Shown here in pieces: positions 18,001 to 26,295 of a stretch of 64,000 nucleotides of DNA; within the stretch, counting starts at the first letter, position 1, and the number at the start of each line of letters is the position of its first letter. This DNA comes from a virus (Duplodnaviria; Caudoviricetes): the IMG/VR virus record IMGVR_UViG_3300021295_000001; one strand, written 5' to 3'. The notes under the pieces are model-generated. The model was not told the origin of the DNA. It saw only the letters and a list, made by a program, of their open reading frames with translations, and did no database searches. A program made the translations under genes and the position numbers.

Positions 18001-18945
18001 AAGGAATGCGCCGAATCCAAGTGCGACGAATCCAAGTGCAACGAGGGATGGTTCCGCGGTTGCGAGGGCGTCGAGTTCATCTGGCATGGCACCCAATCCG
18101 ACCCCGAACTCGAATACAAGGGCCAGAGGTTCAACTATTGGGAAATCGAGGACGCCCTTTGGGACATGTTCAAGGACGACGGTGGCGACACCAAGGACGA
18201 AGAGGCCTTCAACAAGTTCGTCCAGGAATACTGCAAAGGCTATCTCGACGACGTCATCGCCAGCCAAGAGGAATCCCTGAAGGAAGGCGAGTGCCCCGAC
18301 GAGAAGGCCATCGAGGTCGCCAAGTACAATTACGGCTTGGACGACGACGAGGCCAAGGAATTCGTCTCCACCCTGTCTGACGAGGGCAAGTGCGAACTCA
18401 TCAAGGGCTGGGAGGCCGAGGCCAAGAAGTCCTTCCACGAGGAAGCCGAAGGCGAGTTCCCCATCCTCAGGGGCACCATGGACTTCATGGAACTCAAGGC
18501 GAAACTCTCCGACGATGAACTCAAGTACATGGAAAGCGAACTGAAGGACTACCTCACGAGCGACCCCGAGGACTACGATGAGCGCCATGGCGTTGAGGCA
18601 AAAGGCTACCCCGACGTCGTCGTTTGGTACGAAGGCGGTTACGACACCGATGACATAATCGAACTCGTCCACGAAGCGTACGCCCCGAGCGAAAGGAACG
18701 TCGAGGAGGACCTCAAGATAATCGGCGACATCTCCGACTACGAGCCGTGGTCTGGCGCCGTCGACCTCTGGAACGAGATTCAGGACAAGGGCCTCGTCGA
18801 CCAACTCGACATGCTCTTGGACGAGGTGTACCCCGAGGGAATCACCATGACCCAACTCAACGACATCCTCTGGTTCGAGCAGGACTGGGTCCGCGAGATG
18901 CTCGGCATCGAAGAGGAACCCGAAGGGGAAGAAGAGGAGGAATAA
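15100..18945 (+). CDS. very acidic modular 1281-aa protein, probable internal head (ejected) polyprotein
   Basis: AGGAGG RBS; E/D-rich; domains separated by L/I/V-x-E linkers. Confidence 0.7.
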   Translation: MKIKIVKPTGEVESHDAGIEASFEPFENERESNEPEAVEKQIEATEKEIERRLEKAKENSEATKGEDHVGDEGKSLEESFNSGATVYEVAKDGLPEVGREFIAYLSGHRDYEICKRLEKSKMETRPGAEGYISPDGEFYNSAHGWIYPITYDSYVYIDEIGLKSGNVSNAETTEFEAMKQKSLDTFIEVFGDELGKRLHNAFSTKRSNGKFTVRLPFDSGFNGYDEKADINYYSVCGNSGKEYDKFVNQLVNNGFSRNEALKVLDIISKYEWRSEFANDAFREKRSDIEKYIKGTNESPEENNEDVTDSKVADDKTKTVGEEITESFKNRKDLSSRIQSLKAEGIAFKVNRSATEGMRYDLTYAKPIVEGEGDAIEVTDEVNVEEPIEPVEAKHVGADEIESAVREIASKYNGEGSEAQIGVDEFSKEGEGDKHIKLTVLGGLNGFGEWDRYLTALGSFLSEIKEETGWNPRVEELASDIADDTFSVTLHLYDEELDGSIEESIGKLKEWYEGRKAEAEIGESVEEGAEGKRVEGKEYVIFDASEEGKAPILDIRSTRVEAESRANELKKTGEYDSVSFDEAPKGRFHKGDDFWGPFEGDDWHLAEEKRELKEGEKHEEGNDNLFGYVNGDLADFKAEELIDKVKERKQSLHTVRYIKDTDDVKTVAYIFCSPMGFGEEPAVFVDVVEDTWTRNPGDADDINSYYGTNKQERIKLDCAGSCGEGEEGFAKAIEVLNKYRDERLKKKEDIEEKTEMKEEKKEIEEIADFHFEWRDDEDEHLVVVATFPDGHEEDVGSYESETEKPEFLKAQENGDELAFENYDYEDWYDDALDKLHSIGLYLTGELESKHVTKWKKPVKEEKKIEEAWKKVVSNHGLRDAIDAEDYDGIRKAAIAILKDVEEFLGDNTETMDLIDQFESIEEDEEDFDYALDELYDLCDNVGVFIRLDAEEALKEGEGKECHEGECKGKECAESKCDESKCNEGWFRGCEGVEFIWHGTQSDPELEYKGQRFNYWEIEDALWDMFKDDGGDTKDEEAFNKFVQEYCKGYLDDVIASQEESLKEGECPDEKAIEVAKYNYGLDDDEAKEFVSTLSDEGKCELIKGWEAEAKKSFHEEAEGEFPILRGTMDFMELKAKLSDDELKYMESELKDYLTSDPEDYDERHGVEAKGYPDVVVWYEGGYDTDDIIELVHEAYAPSERNVEEDLKIIGDISDYEPWSGAVDLWNEIQDKGLVDQLDMLLDEVYPEGITMTQLNDILWFEQDWVREMLGIEEEPEGEEEEE

Positions 18946-18948
18946 ACC

Positions 18949-19644
18949 ATGCCAGCGGACAAACTGGTATTGGACGACAGGATTGAACTGGAGGAACCCC
19001 TTGACGAGGTTCCTTCGGTTTTGCCCGACGCCGTCCCCGAGGAACCCATAGTGGTCGGCGTGGAGCCCGAGGGCGACGCCGTCCCCCAGGAATTGGAGGA
19101 CAACGCCAAGGCTGGCCTAATCATGGCCGAGATTTCCTCGACGTACGACGCCATAGACAGGATTAACTCCGTCATAGCCACGGTCATGGACCCCGATTCC
19201 GAGAAGTGGTCGGACGTCGTCTCCGTGCTGAACTCAGTGGCCGACGACCTGACGCTCGTCGTGGGCAAACTCCACACCGCGCTCGGCATCGCCGACCCAG
19301 ACGCTGGGGACGCCATACACCAGGGCATGCAGGACGCTGGGGACGAGGTCGGAATCGACTTCGGGACCGAGGCCGTCGAGGACTTCACGGTAGCGGACGA
19401 ACTACTGGCCCAGGAGACCAGCAGGCACCTCGACGAATCCGAGAAGGCCTATGGCATCATCGCCACCGAAATCGACCCCGAGACTGGGGCCAAGGTGGCG
19501 GACTACAACGACAACAAGCCCATCGAATATGGCACCTACGGCGAGATGAAGGACCGTTGCGCCGAATACGAGGATTCATGGAACGTGAATCCCCAGGGCA
19601 AGAAATACAAGTTCCACATCAGGTACGTCGGAAACGTGCTCTGA
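18949..19644 (+). CDS. acidic hypothetical protein, probably virion/prohead associated
   Basis: cotranscribed with upstream gene; acidic with LxE motifs. Confidence 0.6.
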   Translation: MPADKLVLDDRIELEEPLDEVPSVLPDAVPEEPIVVGVEPEGDAVPQELEDNAKAGLIMAEISSTYDAIDRINSVIATVMDPDSEKWSDVVSVLNSVADDLTLVVGKLHTALGIADPDAGDAIHQGMQDAGDEVGIDFGTEAVEDFTVADELLAQETSRHLDESEKAYGIIATEIDPETGAKVADYNDNKPIEYGTYGEMKDRCAEYEDSWNVNPQGKKYKFHIRYVGNVL

Positions 19645-19671
19645 TTGCTTTAAGGAAAAGGAAGGGGTTTT

Positions 19672-20070
19672 ATGGAGTATTTCGAATCATTCCACGAAGA
19701 GAACGCCCTACCCCCAGACAACAGGAGGCGCTTCATGCCCAGGTGCGAGAGGCCCGAGATGTTCGTCGGGGGTACGTGCACGCACATTTTCGAATTCCCC
19801 TTTTACTGCGACGAGGGCTTCGATTCCATCACCGTGACCTACGCCCAGCAGGACGGGGCCGAAGTGGTAAAGGACGTGGACCCCGAATCCATAATCGACG
19901 ACGGTTGCTCCCGCTACGTCGAATGCACCCTTACGCCAGAGGAGACGTCTTTGTTCTCAGACACGTTGCTCGACTGCCTCGCGCAGGTGAGGGCGTCCAA
20001 GAACGGTGTCGTGCTCTTCAGCAAACTGTTCAGGGTCGACGTCAGGAGGACCATCGGCGATGGCAGATGA
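19672..20070 (+). CDS. BppU-N-like baseplate/tail adaptor protein
   Basis: GT.TH.F..PF, ITVTYAQ and LTPEETSLF pattern. Confidence 0.6.
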   Translation: MEYFESFHEENALPPDNRRRFMPRCERPEMFVGGTCTHIFEFPFYCDEGFDSITVTYAQQDGAEVVKDVDPESIIDDGCSRYVECTLTPEETSLFSDTLLDCLAQVRASKNGVVLFSKLFRVDVRRTIGDGR

Positions 20071-20779
20071 CCGCTACGTCATAACGTCGGACGGCAAGGC
20101 CAAGAAGGTCAGGGGCGGTTCCAAGCCACCCAAGGCCGACAACGACGGGGGCGCCAAGGAGATAACCCCCGAGGGCACCGTCAGGAACGCCGAGTCGGTT
20201 GGATGCGTCCCGTGCAACAGGCTGGACGACCAACTTTTCGTGCGTCTCGGGCCCATGCAGTCCATAGCGTACCTCAACGAGAAGATAAACGAGGTCCAGA
20301 AGCAACACGACGAGGACCTGGGCGCCGAGATACGGACCGCCTACGAGGAACTCGGCTCCACCGTGGCGCTCGCCAACAAGAAGGGCGAGGAGATTTCGAA
20401 GGCCACCGTCAAACTGTATTCCGCGCTGGAACTGCAGACGCTATACGGGGTCCTCACGGAAGAACAACTCGGGGCGCTGAAATCACGCTCGTTCAAGGAC
20501 ATCGAGATTGGGGGCAGGGTTTATTCGCTCTCCACGATAGCCAACGGCGTCTGGAACTTCACCAACAACCATTTGGGCTCCGACGGCAAGATGGACTACG
20601 TGACGAAGGTGGCCGTCAACATGACCACTGGCGAATACGAGTTCTCCGTCGTCGTGGACAGGCGCATCGAGGCCATATACGACGACCTGTCGTGGTTGCA
20701 CGCCAACAAACTGGGCTACGAGACCCACGACATCGAACAGCATCCGCAGGACATCCTGCTAAAATTTACGACGGATTGA
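20060..20779 (+). CDS. putative tail-associated protein
   Basis: AGGAGG RBS; position in the tail cluster. Confidence 0.55.
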   Translation: MADDRYVITSDGKAKKVRGGSKPPKADNDGGAKEITPEGTVRNAESVGCVPCNRLDDQLFVRLGPMQSIAYLNEKINEVQKQHDEDLGAEIRTAYEELGSTVALANKKGEEISKATVKLYSALELQTLYGVLTEEQLGALKSRSFKDIEIGGRVYSLSTIANGVWNFTNNHLGSDGKMDYVTKVAVNMTTGEYEFSVVVDRRIEAIYDDLSWLHANKLGYETHDIEQHPQDILLKFTTD

Positions 20780-20807
20780 TTTCAATCAATAGCACAGGAG
20801 TTTGCAC

Positions 20808-22085
20808 ATGCCAGAACCAGAAACCAAGCAGTACATTTCGAAGATAGTCCTACCTTCAGGTAGCACGGAATACGAACTCAAGGACCTCGGCGCCCGTGAG
20901 ATGATTGAGCATCTCATCGACATCGGCCTCAAGTTCCACAAATCAACCAGCGCGAGCGACACCCCGATTGGCGTCGTGTGGGTCAACGAGCAGGGCCAGA
21001 CCATAACTGGTACCTTGCTGGCCTCGGACGCGGACCACTCGTTCATCTTCCTCGTCCCCGAGGACACCACCCCCACGGGCAAGTCGATATACGCCGAATA
21101 CATAACCGTCGACATCAGCGAGACCTCCACGCCAGACTGGCAGTGGGAGTTGCTCGGCAACACCGACATCAACATCGACGACCTCGGCGACTTGGCGTGG
21201 AAGGACACCGTCACCCTCAACAAGGGCTCTGGCGACGTCGTCCTCGGCGCGTCCACCACGTTCACCAACTCCGCGTCCGCCGTCACGTTCACTGGCGGAA
21301 CGAACGACACGTTCGTCAAGTCATACCCTGGCTCCACCGCCAAACTGGAGACCACGAGCATCGTGGGAACCAACGGAACCGTGTCGGTGTCCCAGGTCGA
21401 GAAGACCGCCGTCACCGCGACCAACACCGTGTTCGGGACCGACACGACCGCATCCAAGATAACCACCTCTGGCAAAACGGCGACCAACCTGGTGTTGGAC
21501 ACGCCGACCACAGCCTCCAAGGCGACCGCTGGCACCGCCATGTCCCTCGCCAAGGCAGCCAGTTCCGCCACCAACGTCAGTTACATCGGCAACGCGTCCA
21601 CGTCCTCAATCCTCGAGAACGCCACCGTCACAAACGAGGTGCTCACGTTCGGCGCCGTGTCCGTCGCGCAGGGTTCCGTCACTGGGACCAACGGCACCGA
21701 GAGCGTAACCCCATACACGTTCGCGGACGTCACCGTCCCCGTCGTGACAAGCAACACCACCGTCAACTTCGACGCGGTGGCCAGCAACACCGACGTGACG
21801 GTCCCAGTCGTCACGAGCAACAACGAGGTCTCGGCCGACCAGGTCACCATAACCAACGTCAACGCAGCCAAGGTAGCGTCCAGCGCCACCGTGGTCGCCA
21901 CTGGCCAGACCGTGTCATCCGACGCGAACGGCGACGACGTCCTCGTCGGGCTCGGCACCGCCACCACCGCGACCGCCGTCACTGGCATCGGCACTGGCAC
22001 CGCGCAGGCCCAGACAATCACCGTCGGGACCAACGACAACGTCACCGTCGCGAAGTACGGGGACCTCTCCGTCACCGTCGCGTAA
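20808..22085 (+). CDS. Thr/Val-rich fibre-like structural protein
   Basis: TGCTAAAAT upstream, AGGAG RBS; DVTVPVVTSN repeats; WELLG motif. Confidence 0.65.
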   Translation: MPEPETKQYISKIVLPSGSTEYELKDLGAREMIEHLIDIGLKFHKSTSASDTPIGVVWVNEQGQTITGTLLASDADHSFIFLVPEDTTPTGKSIYAEYITVDISETSTPDWQWELLGNTDINIDDLGDLAWKDTVTLNKGSGDVVLGASTTFTNSASAVTFTGGTNDTFVKSYPGSTAKLETTSIVGTNGTVSVSQVEKTAVTATNTVFGTDTTASKITTSGKTATNLVLDTPTTASKATAGTAMSLAKAASSATNVSYIGNASTSSILENATVTNEVLTFGAVSVAQGSVTGTNGTESVTPYTFADVTVPVVTSNTTVNFDAVASNTDVTVPVVTSNNEVSADQVTITNVNAAKVASSATVVATGQTVSSDANGDDVLVGLGTATTATAVTGIGTGTAQAQTITVGTNDNVTVAKYGDLSVTVA

Positions 22086-22100
22086 AAGACGAGGAAAACG

Positions 22101-22128
22101 AAGCCCATCCAAGCCGATGGGCTTTTTC
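22101..22128 (+). terminator. intrinsic terminator
   Basis: AAGCCCATC...GATGGGCTTTTT. Confidence 0.8.
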
Positions 22129-22211
22129 GTTTGCCTGCTAAATTGTTTGATTGAGGACCCCTGAAAGGACGGGGCTTTGAATCGCTTCCTGAAACGACGG
22201 AGGGACATCGC

Positions 22212-22418
22212 ATGACCAAGTCCAACGCCATCATAAAGGTGGACACGGAGGAGAACTGGTCCAAGGCCGTGAACTACGTGCCAGACAAGTTCACCATTTT
22301 GGTTTTCGAATACGCGAACGGCTCCCCCAAGGTCAAGATGGGGGACGGCGTGCACAAAGTCAACGAACTCCCGTTCCTGTCGGACAGGTCCGTGGATGGG
22401 GATACCCTCATACTGTAG
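22212..22418 (+). CDS. stand-alone Mtd-N/hyaluronidase-N-like fibre adaptor domain
   Basis: DT..NW....P...K.K.GDG....ELPF pattern. Confidence 0.7.
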   Translation: MTKSNAIIKVDTEENWSKAVNYVPDKFTILVFEYANGSPKVKMGDGVHKVNELPFLSDRSVDGDTLIL

Positions 22419-22428
22419 GAGAACGACG

Positions 22429-25206
22429 ATGGCCCTTCCAGACAAGAAGATAAAGAAGATACAGTTGCCAGGCGACGTGCAGGGCGACAAGACGTACGAG
22501 ATAGTGCCAGAGATGTTGCAACGCGACGGCTTCGGCGCCGTTTTGCCACGCATGGACGAGGACGGGACGCTGGCCCTCGAGGGCGACATATGGGCCGACG
22601 GCGAGACAAGCGGTACGAATCTGATACCCATCCCTGGCGATTTCAAGGGCAACGCGATAGACGTCACTGAGTTCACGGGCAACTCGTTCGTGCTGAACCA
22701 ATTGGCGGTAACAACATTTAACTCAACGACGGTCAACGGAATAACATACACAAACAATCACGATGGTTCTTGGACCGTTAATGGCACCGCAACCGATGAT
22801 TCAAACTGGGCCATAACGACAAACATATCGCCAAAGCACCGTTATTTAATATGCGGTTGCCCAACAGGTGGTAGTTTTTCAACATTCTATTTAATGAATG
22901 ATAATAAGCCAACGGAAGCCTTTGTTGACACTGGAAGTGGCGCTGTATTTGATTGGGACAAAAGTTTCGGATGGGCTTTGAAAATAGTCGTCAAATCTGG
23001 CGTGCAAGTAAGCAATTTGAAATTCTGGCCGAAACTCATTGACCTGACTATCACTGGTCTAACAACTGCCGAAATGGCCAATGCCACCACCGCCAAGACC
23101 GCCCTCAAGAATCGCGGTTTCGACGTCGATATGTGGGGACATATGCCCAACATGTTCGACGGGCAACTCACCCAGATAAACTCGAAGGCCGTCAGAGGCA
23201 CGAATTTTATACCCGCCACGCCCAACACGAGGTTGAACATCTCGTTCCAGTCGTCCGTATCCAGCACATACGGGTTCATGCAGTTCTACGACGCGAGCCA
23301 AACGAACATAGGCGAGCAGAGGTACAACTCTGGCGACGACGTTACCATACCCGCTGGGTGCGCGTACGTCAAACCGCAATTCAACCACAGTTCGTCCGAC
23401 ATCACCCCGTCCGACATAAGCGACGTCTGGCTGACTTACTCTTTCTACCAGCCTGGCGCGCTGATGGATTGCAAGCCGATTAAGTGGGTGTCAAGGGGCT
23501 ATAACCTGCTGACTCTCGACAGGACCCCTGGCACTTTCACGGAATCAAGCAACACCGCCATAAGAAAATTCGACGAAGGCAAATACTACGTCGGTTTGGC
23601 CAATAACAACTACTATGCGCCGAACCAGGTGACCCTCATCGAACTCACGTCGAATCGCGTCACGCTGTCTGGCAATTTGGGATATGGCATAGCGTTCCCC
23701 GTGAGGATTAGTGGCGGGATAACATACGCCAAGGCCAAGACGTCGACCGATTCGGACATGTATTGCGCTTGGTATACCGCCGAGGGAAGATTTTTGAAAT
23801 CCCAGCAATACCAGGAGATTTGGACCGCCCCAGCGAGCGCCTATTGGTGCGTCGTCGTGCTAAGGCCGACTGGCCAGGCCACATACGAAAACCTGTGCCT
23901 CAGCCTCACTGGCACCCGTACTGGCTATGCCCCGTACGTCGCTACAAAGGACGGGTCTTTTACCATGCCCGCCCTTAAATCGGCAGGCAGCGTGCAGGAC
24001 GAAAGTAAGGCGGGGGGAATGAAAGTCAAGAAGGACGATTTGGGCGATGAAACATGGAGTTACCAAACCCCGAGCGGCGGACAGGCTCATTTCGCCACCA
24101 CCTCTTTGGCAAGTCGCATTAAAAAGCCCGAGAACAATAACTATTCCGCCCCGTGGTTACTGACACCGAAAGGATATGCCATAACCAACATCTCCAGCCT
24201 AATCTATATCGACAAACCCGACAAGAGCATGGCGGTTGACACGAATGGGCAATTCGTTATTGCGGATAGCGCATACGACAACGCAACTTCGTTTGATACT
24301 GCCATGACGGGCGTTCCAATAAACTACGCCTTAGCCCAAGCCACCGACTTCACCGACCCCATCTCCCTACCGCAACGCGTGCCCGTCGAGGCTGGCGGTA
24401 GCGTAGAGGTCGTGTGTGCCAGTTTGGCCATACCATATGCCGTCAAGTACAGATGGCAGACGCTCGTCGACGTGCCGACCGCAGTCAGCGAACTATCAAA
24501 CGACGCGGGGTACGCCACGACCGAATACGTGGACCAGAGGATAGACGACCTGCCAGAGCCCATGGTGTTCAAGGGCTCCTTGGGCGTGGGCGGAACGATA
24601 ACCACCCTGCCAGTCGCGTCCTCCGACAACAAGGGCTTCACCTACAAGGTCATAACCGCTGGCACCTACCAAGGTCTCGTGTGCAAGGTGGGCGACACCG
24701 TCATCTCCGACGGCTCCGCTTGGATACTGATACCCTCTGGCGACGAACCGTCTGGCACCTTCACGTCCGTCGGCCTGCAGGCTGGCTCTGGTAGCAACCT
24801 CACCGTGTCTGGCTCGCCGATAACCTCGAGCGGGACGATGACCGTGTCCGTGGCGAGCGGGTATTCCATACCGTCGACATCGCAACAGACGACGTGGTCT
24901 GGCAAACAGGACGCCATCACCACATTGACCGACAATGACGCGGAACACGTTGCGTTCAACGGCTATTTGGTGGTTTGGGACGACGGGAACGAGGAAGACG
25001 ACGCGCCACGCCCCGCCAACTCCATCAAACCAAGTTGGGATTGCGATTTGTACATCTACGGGACTGGCTTCACCGTGTCCAACGAGGGATTGGGTGGCGA
25101 ACAAAACTATAGGCAATACTCCTTCCCCGACCACAGCGGGACGTTCGCCATGACCAACGACATCGGCCTGACCTTGCTCGATTTGAGAGGTTACGTAGAT
25201 GCTTAG
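22429..25206 (+). CDS. tail fibre protein
   Basis: TVNGITYTNN.DGS.TVNGTAT, VSELSNDAGY and LPEPMVFKG modules; ..FP...GT.A.T.D tail. Confidence 0.75.
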   Translation: MALPDKKIKKIQLPGDVQGDKTYEIVPEMLQRDGFGAVLPRMDEDGTLALEGDIWADGETSGTNLIPIPGDFKGNAIDVTEFTGNSFVLNQLAVTTFNSTTVNGITYTNNHDGSWTVNGTATDDSNWAITTNISPKHRYLICGCPTGGSFSTFYLMNDNKPTEAFVDTGSGAVFDWDKSFGWALKIVVKSGVQVSNLKFWPKLIDLTITGLTTAEMANATTAKTALKNRGFDVDMWGHMPNMFDGQLTQINSKAVRGTNFIPATPNTRLNISFQSSVSSTYGFMQFYDASQTNIGEQRYNSGDDVTIPAGCAYVKPQFNHSSSDITPSDISDVWLTYSFYQPGALMDCKPIKWVSRGYNLLTLDRTPGTFTESSNTAIRKFDEGKYYVGLANNNYYAPNQVTLIELTSNRVTLSGNLGYGIAFPVRISGGITYAKAKTSTDSDMYCAWYTAEGRFLKSQQYQEIWTAPASAYWCVVVLRPTGQATYENLCLSLTGTRTGYAPYVATKDGSFTMPALKSAGSVQDESKAGGMKVKKDDLGDETWSYQTPSGGQAHFATTSLASRIKKPENNNYSAPWLLTPKGYAITNISSLIYIDKPDKSMAVDTNGQFVIADSAYDNATSFDTAMTGVPINYALAQATDFTDPISLPQRVPVEAGGSVEVVCASLAIPYAVKYRWQTLVDVPTAVSELSNDAGYATTEYVDQRIDDLPEPMVFKGSLGVGGTITTLPVASSDNKGFTYKVITAGTYQGLVCKVGDTVISDGSAWILIPSGDEPSGTFTSVGLQAGSGSNLTVSGSPITSSGTMTVSVASGYSIPSTSQQTTWSGKQDAITTLTDNDAEHVAFNGYLVVWDDGNEEDDAPRPANSIKPSWDCDLYIYGTGFTVSNEGLGGEQNYRQYSFPDHSGTFAMTNDIGLTLLDLRGYVDA

Positions 25207-25930
25207 GGCCGACGGGACGATGCGCACGTACGGACAAACCTACCAGATAGGCAAGTACGTGAAGCGCGACATGGAGGACAGGTCAAGGTGGACCGTGGAG
25301 GCCGACATCGTCGGACCGCCGACAAGAAAAGAGAAGAAGGTGACGATAACGTGGCACCCGAGCAGGTCCGTTTACCTATACCTGAAATCGCACATCGAGA
25401 GGTTCGAGGAGAAGTACGAACATCCGTTCTATCCATTGCAGATACGTAGCGTTGGCTACTGCTTTGGCGGGGAAACTGGCGCCAACAACTGCTCGTTCAT
25501 AAAATGGAACAAGGAATCCCACTTCGACGACGAGACGCAGTCGATATACGCCGAATGCACGTTCAAGAACAGGAACATGCTGTCTTACAAGCGGGTTAAT
25601 TTGGCCCACGACGACATACTCACCAGCCAACACGTCCACATAGCGGTCCACTGCCCCATCCACGACGACGGCATGCAAAGGAGCATGGGGTCCGACCCCG
25701 ACTGGCTCGAGCGTCGCGGTTACGAGTATATGCGCCGATTCCCAGTGTCCCGAAAATGGACGATGGACTGCCTCGTGTCGACCGACAACGGCGTGTATGA
25801 CCACGACTGGGACGACGACACGAACTCATGGGTCATCAAAAACCCGAAGGCGACGAACGAGGAGCACAAGAACTACCATTTGGTAAAACGCTTCCTGAGG
25901 GCTGAGCCCGAGGAGCAAGAACAGGAGTAG
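25199..25930 (+). CDS. hypothetical tail-cluster protein
   Basis: overlaps upstream gene; coding-like composition. Confidence 0.6.
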   Translation: MLRADGTMRTYGQTYQIGKYVKRDMEDRSRWTVEADIVGPPTRKEKKVTITWHPSRSVYLYLKSHIERFEEKYEHPFYPLQIRSVGYCFGGETGANNCSFIKWNKESHFDDETQSIYAECTFKNRNMLSYKRVNLAHDDILTSQHVHIAVHCPIHDDGMQRSMGSDPDWLERRGYEYMRRFPVSRKWTMDCLVSTDNGVYDHDWDDDTNSWVIKNPKATNEEHKNYHLVKRFLRAEPEEQEQE

Positions 25931-25931
25931 A

Positions 25932-26049
25932 CGATTAGGTGAGTGGCATCCAGGCTCTTCTCCCCCGCATGGGTCCGAACTCGTAGTGACGCTTGACAGC
26001 GCTGGCCTTCGAGCGGGAGGGGAGCCTAGATTCCATTCGCCCAACATCG
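25932..26049 (+). ncRNA. candidate structured RNA (long closing stem with branched apex)
   Basis: ~30-bp stem with several G-U pairs enclosing two small hairpins. Confidence 0.5.
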
Positions 26050-26069
26050 AGAACAGGAGGAAAACCGAA

Positions 26070-26294
26070 ATGATTACCACCGTGGTAAAGGTTACCAAAG
26101 CCCAGATGGACGTCCTCGAGGGAGGCGGTTCCATCGGCACGCACACATACGACCCAATACACTGCCTGTACCTGGTGGACGACGGGTTGGAACTCCCAGA
26201 CGAGAACGGGTCGTACGTCCTTTTCACAGACGACGACGGGCAGACATACCAATATCTGAACTTCGCAATACCGCAGGTAAAGAGGTTCATCTGA
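26070..26294 (+). CDS. small fibre adaptor protein
   Basis: AGGAGG RBS; N-terminus resembles 30296/33929; ends PQVKRFI. Confidence 0.65.
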   Translation: MITTVVKVTKAQMDVLEGGGSIGTHTYDPIHCLYLVDDGLELPDENGSYVLFTDDDGQTYQYLNFAIPQVKRFI

Positions 26295-26295
26295 C

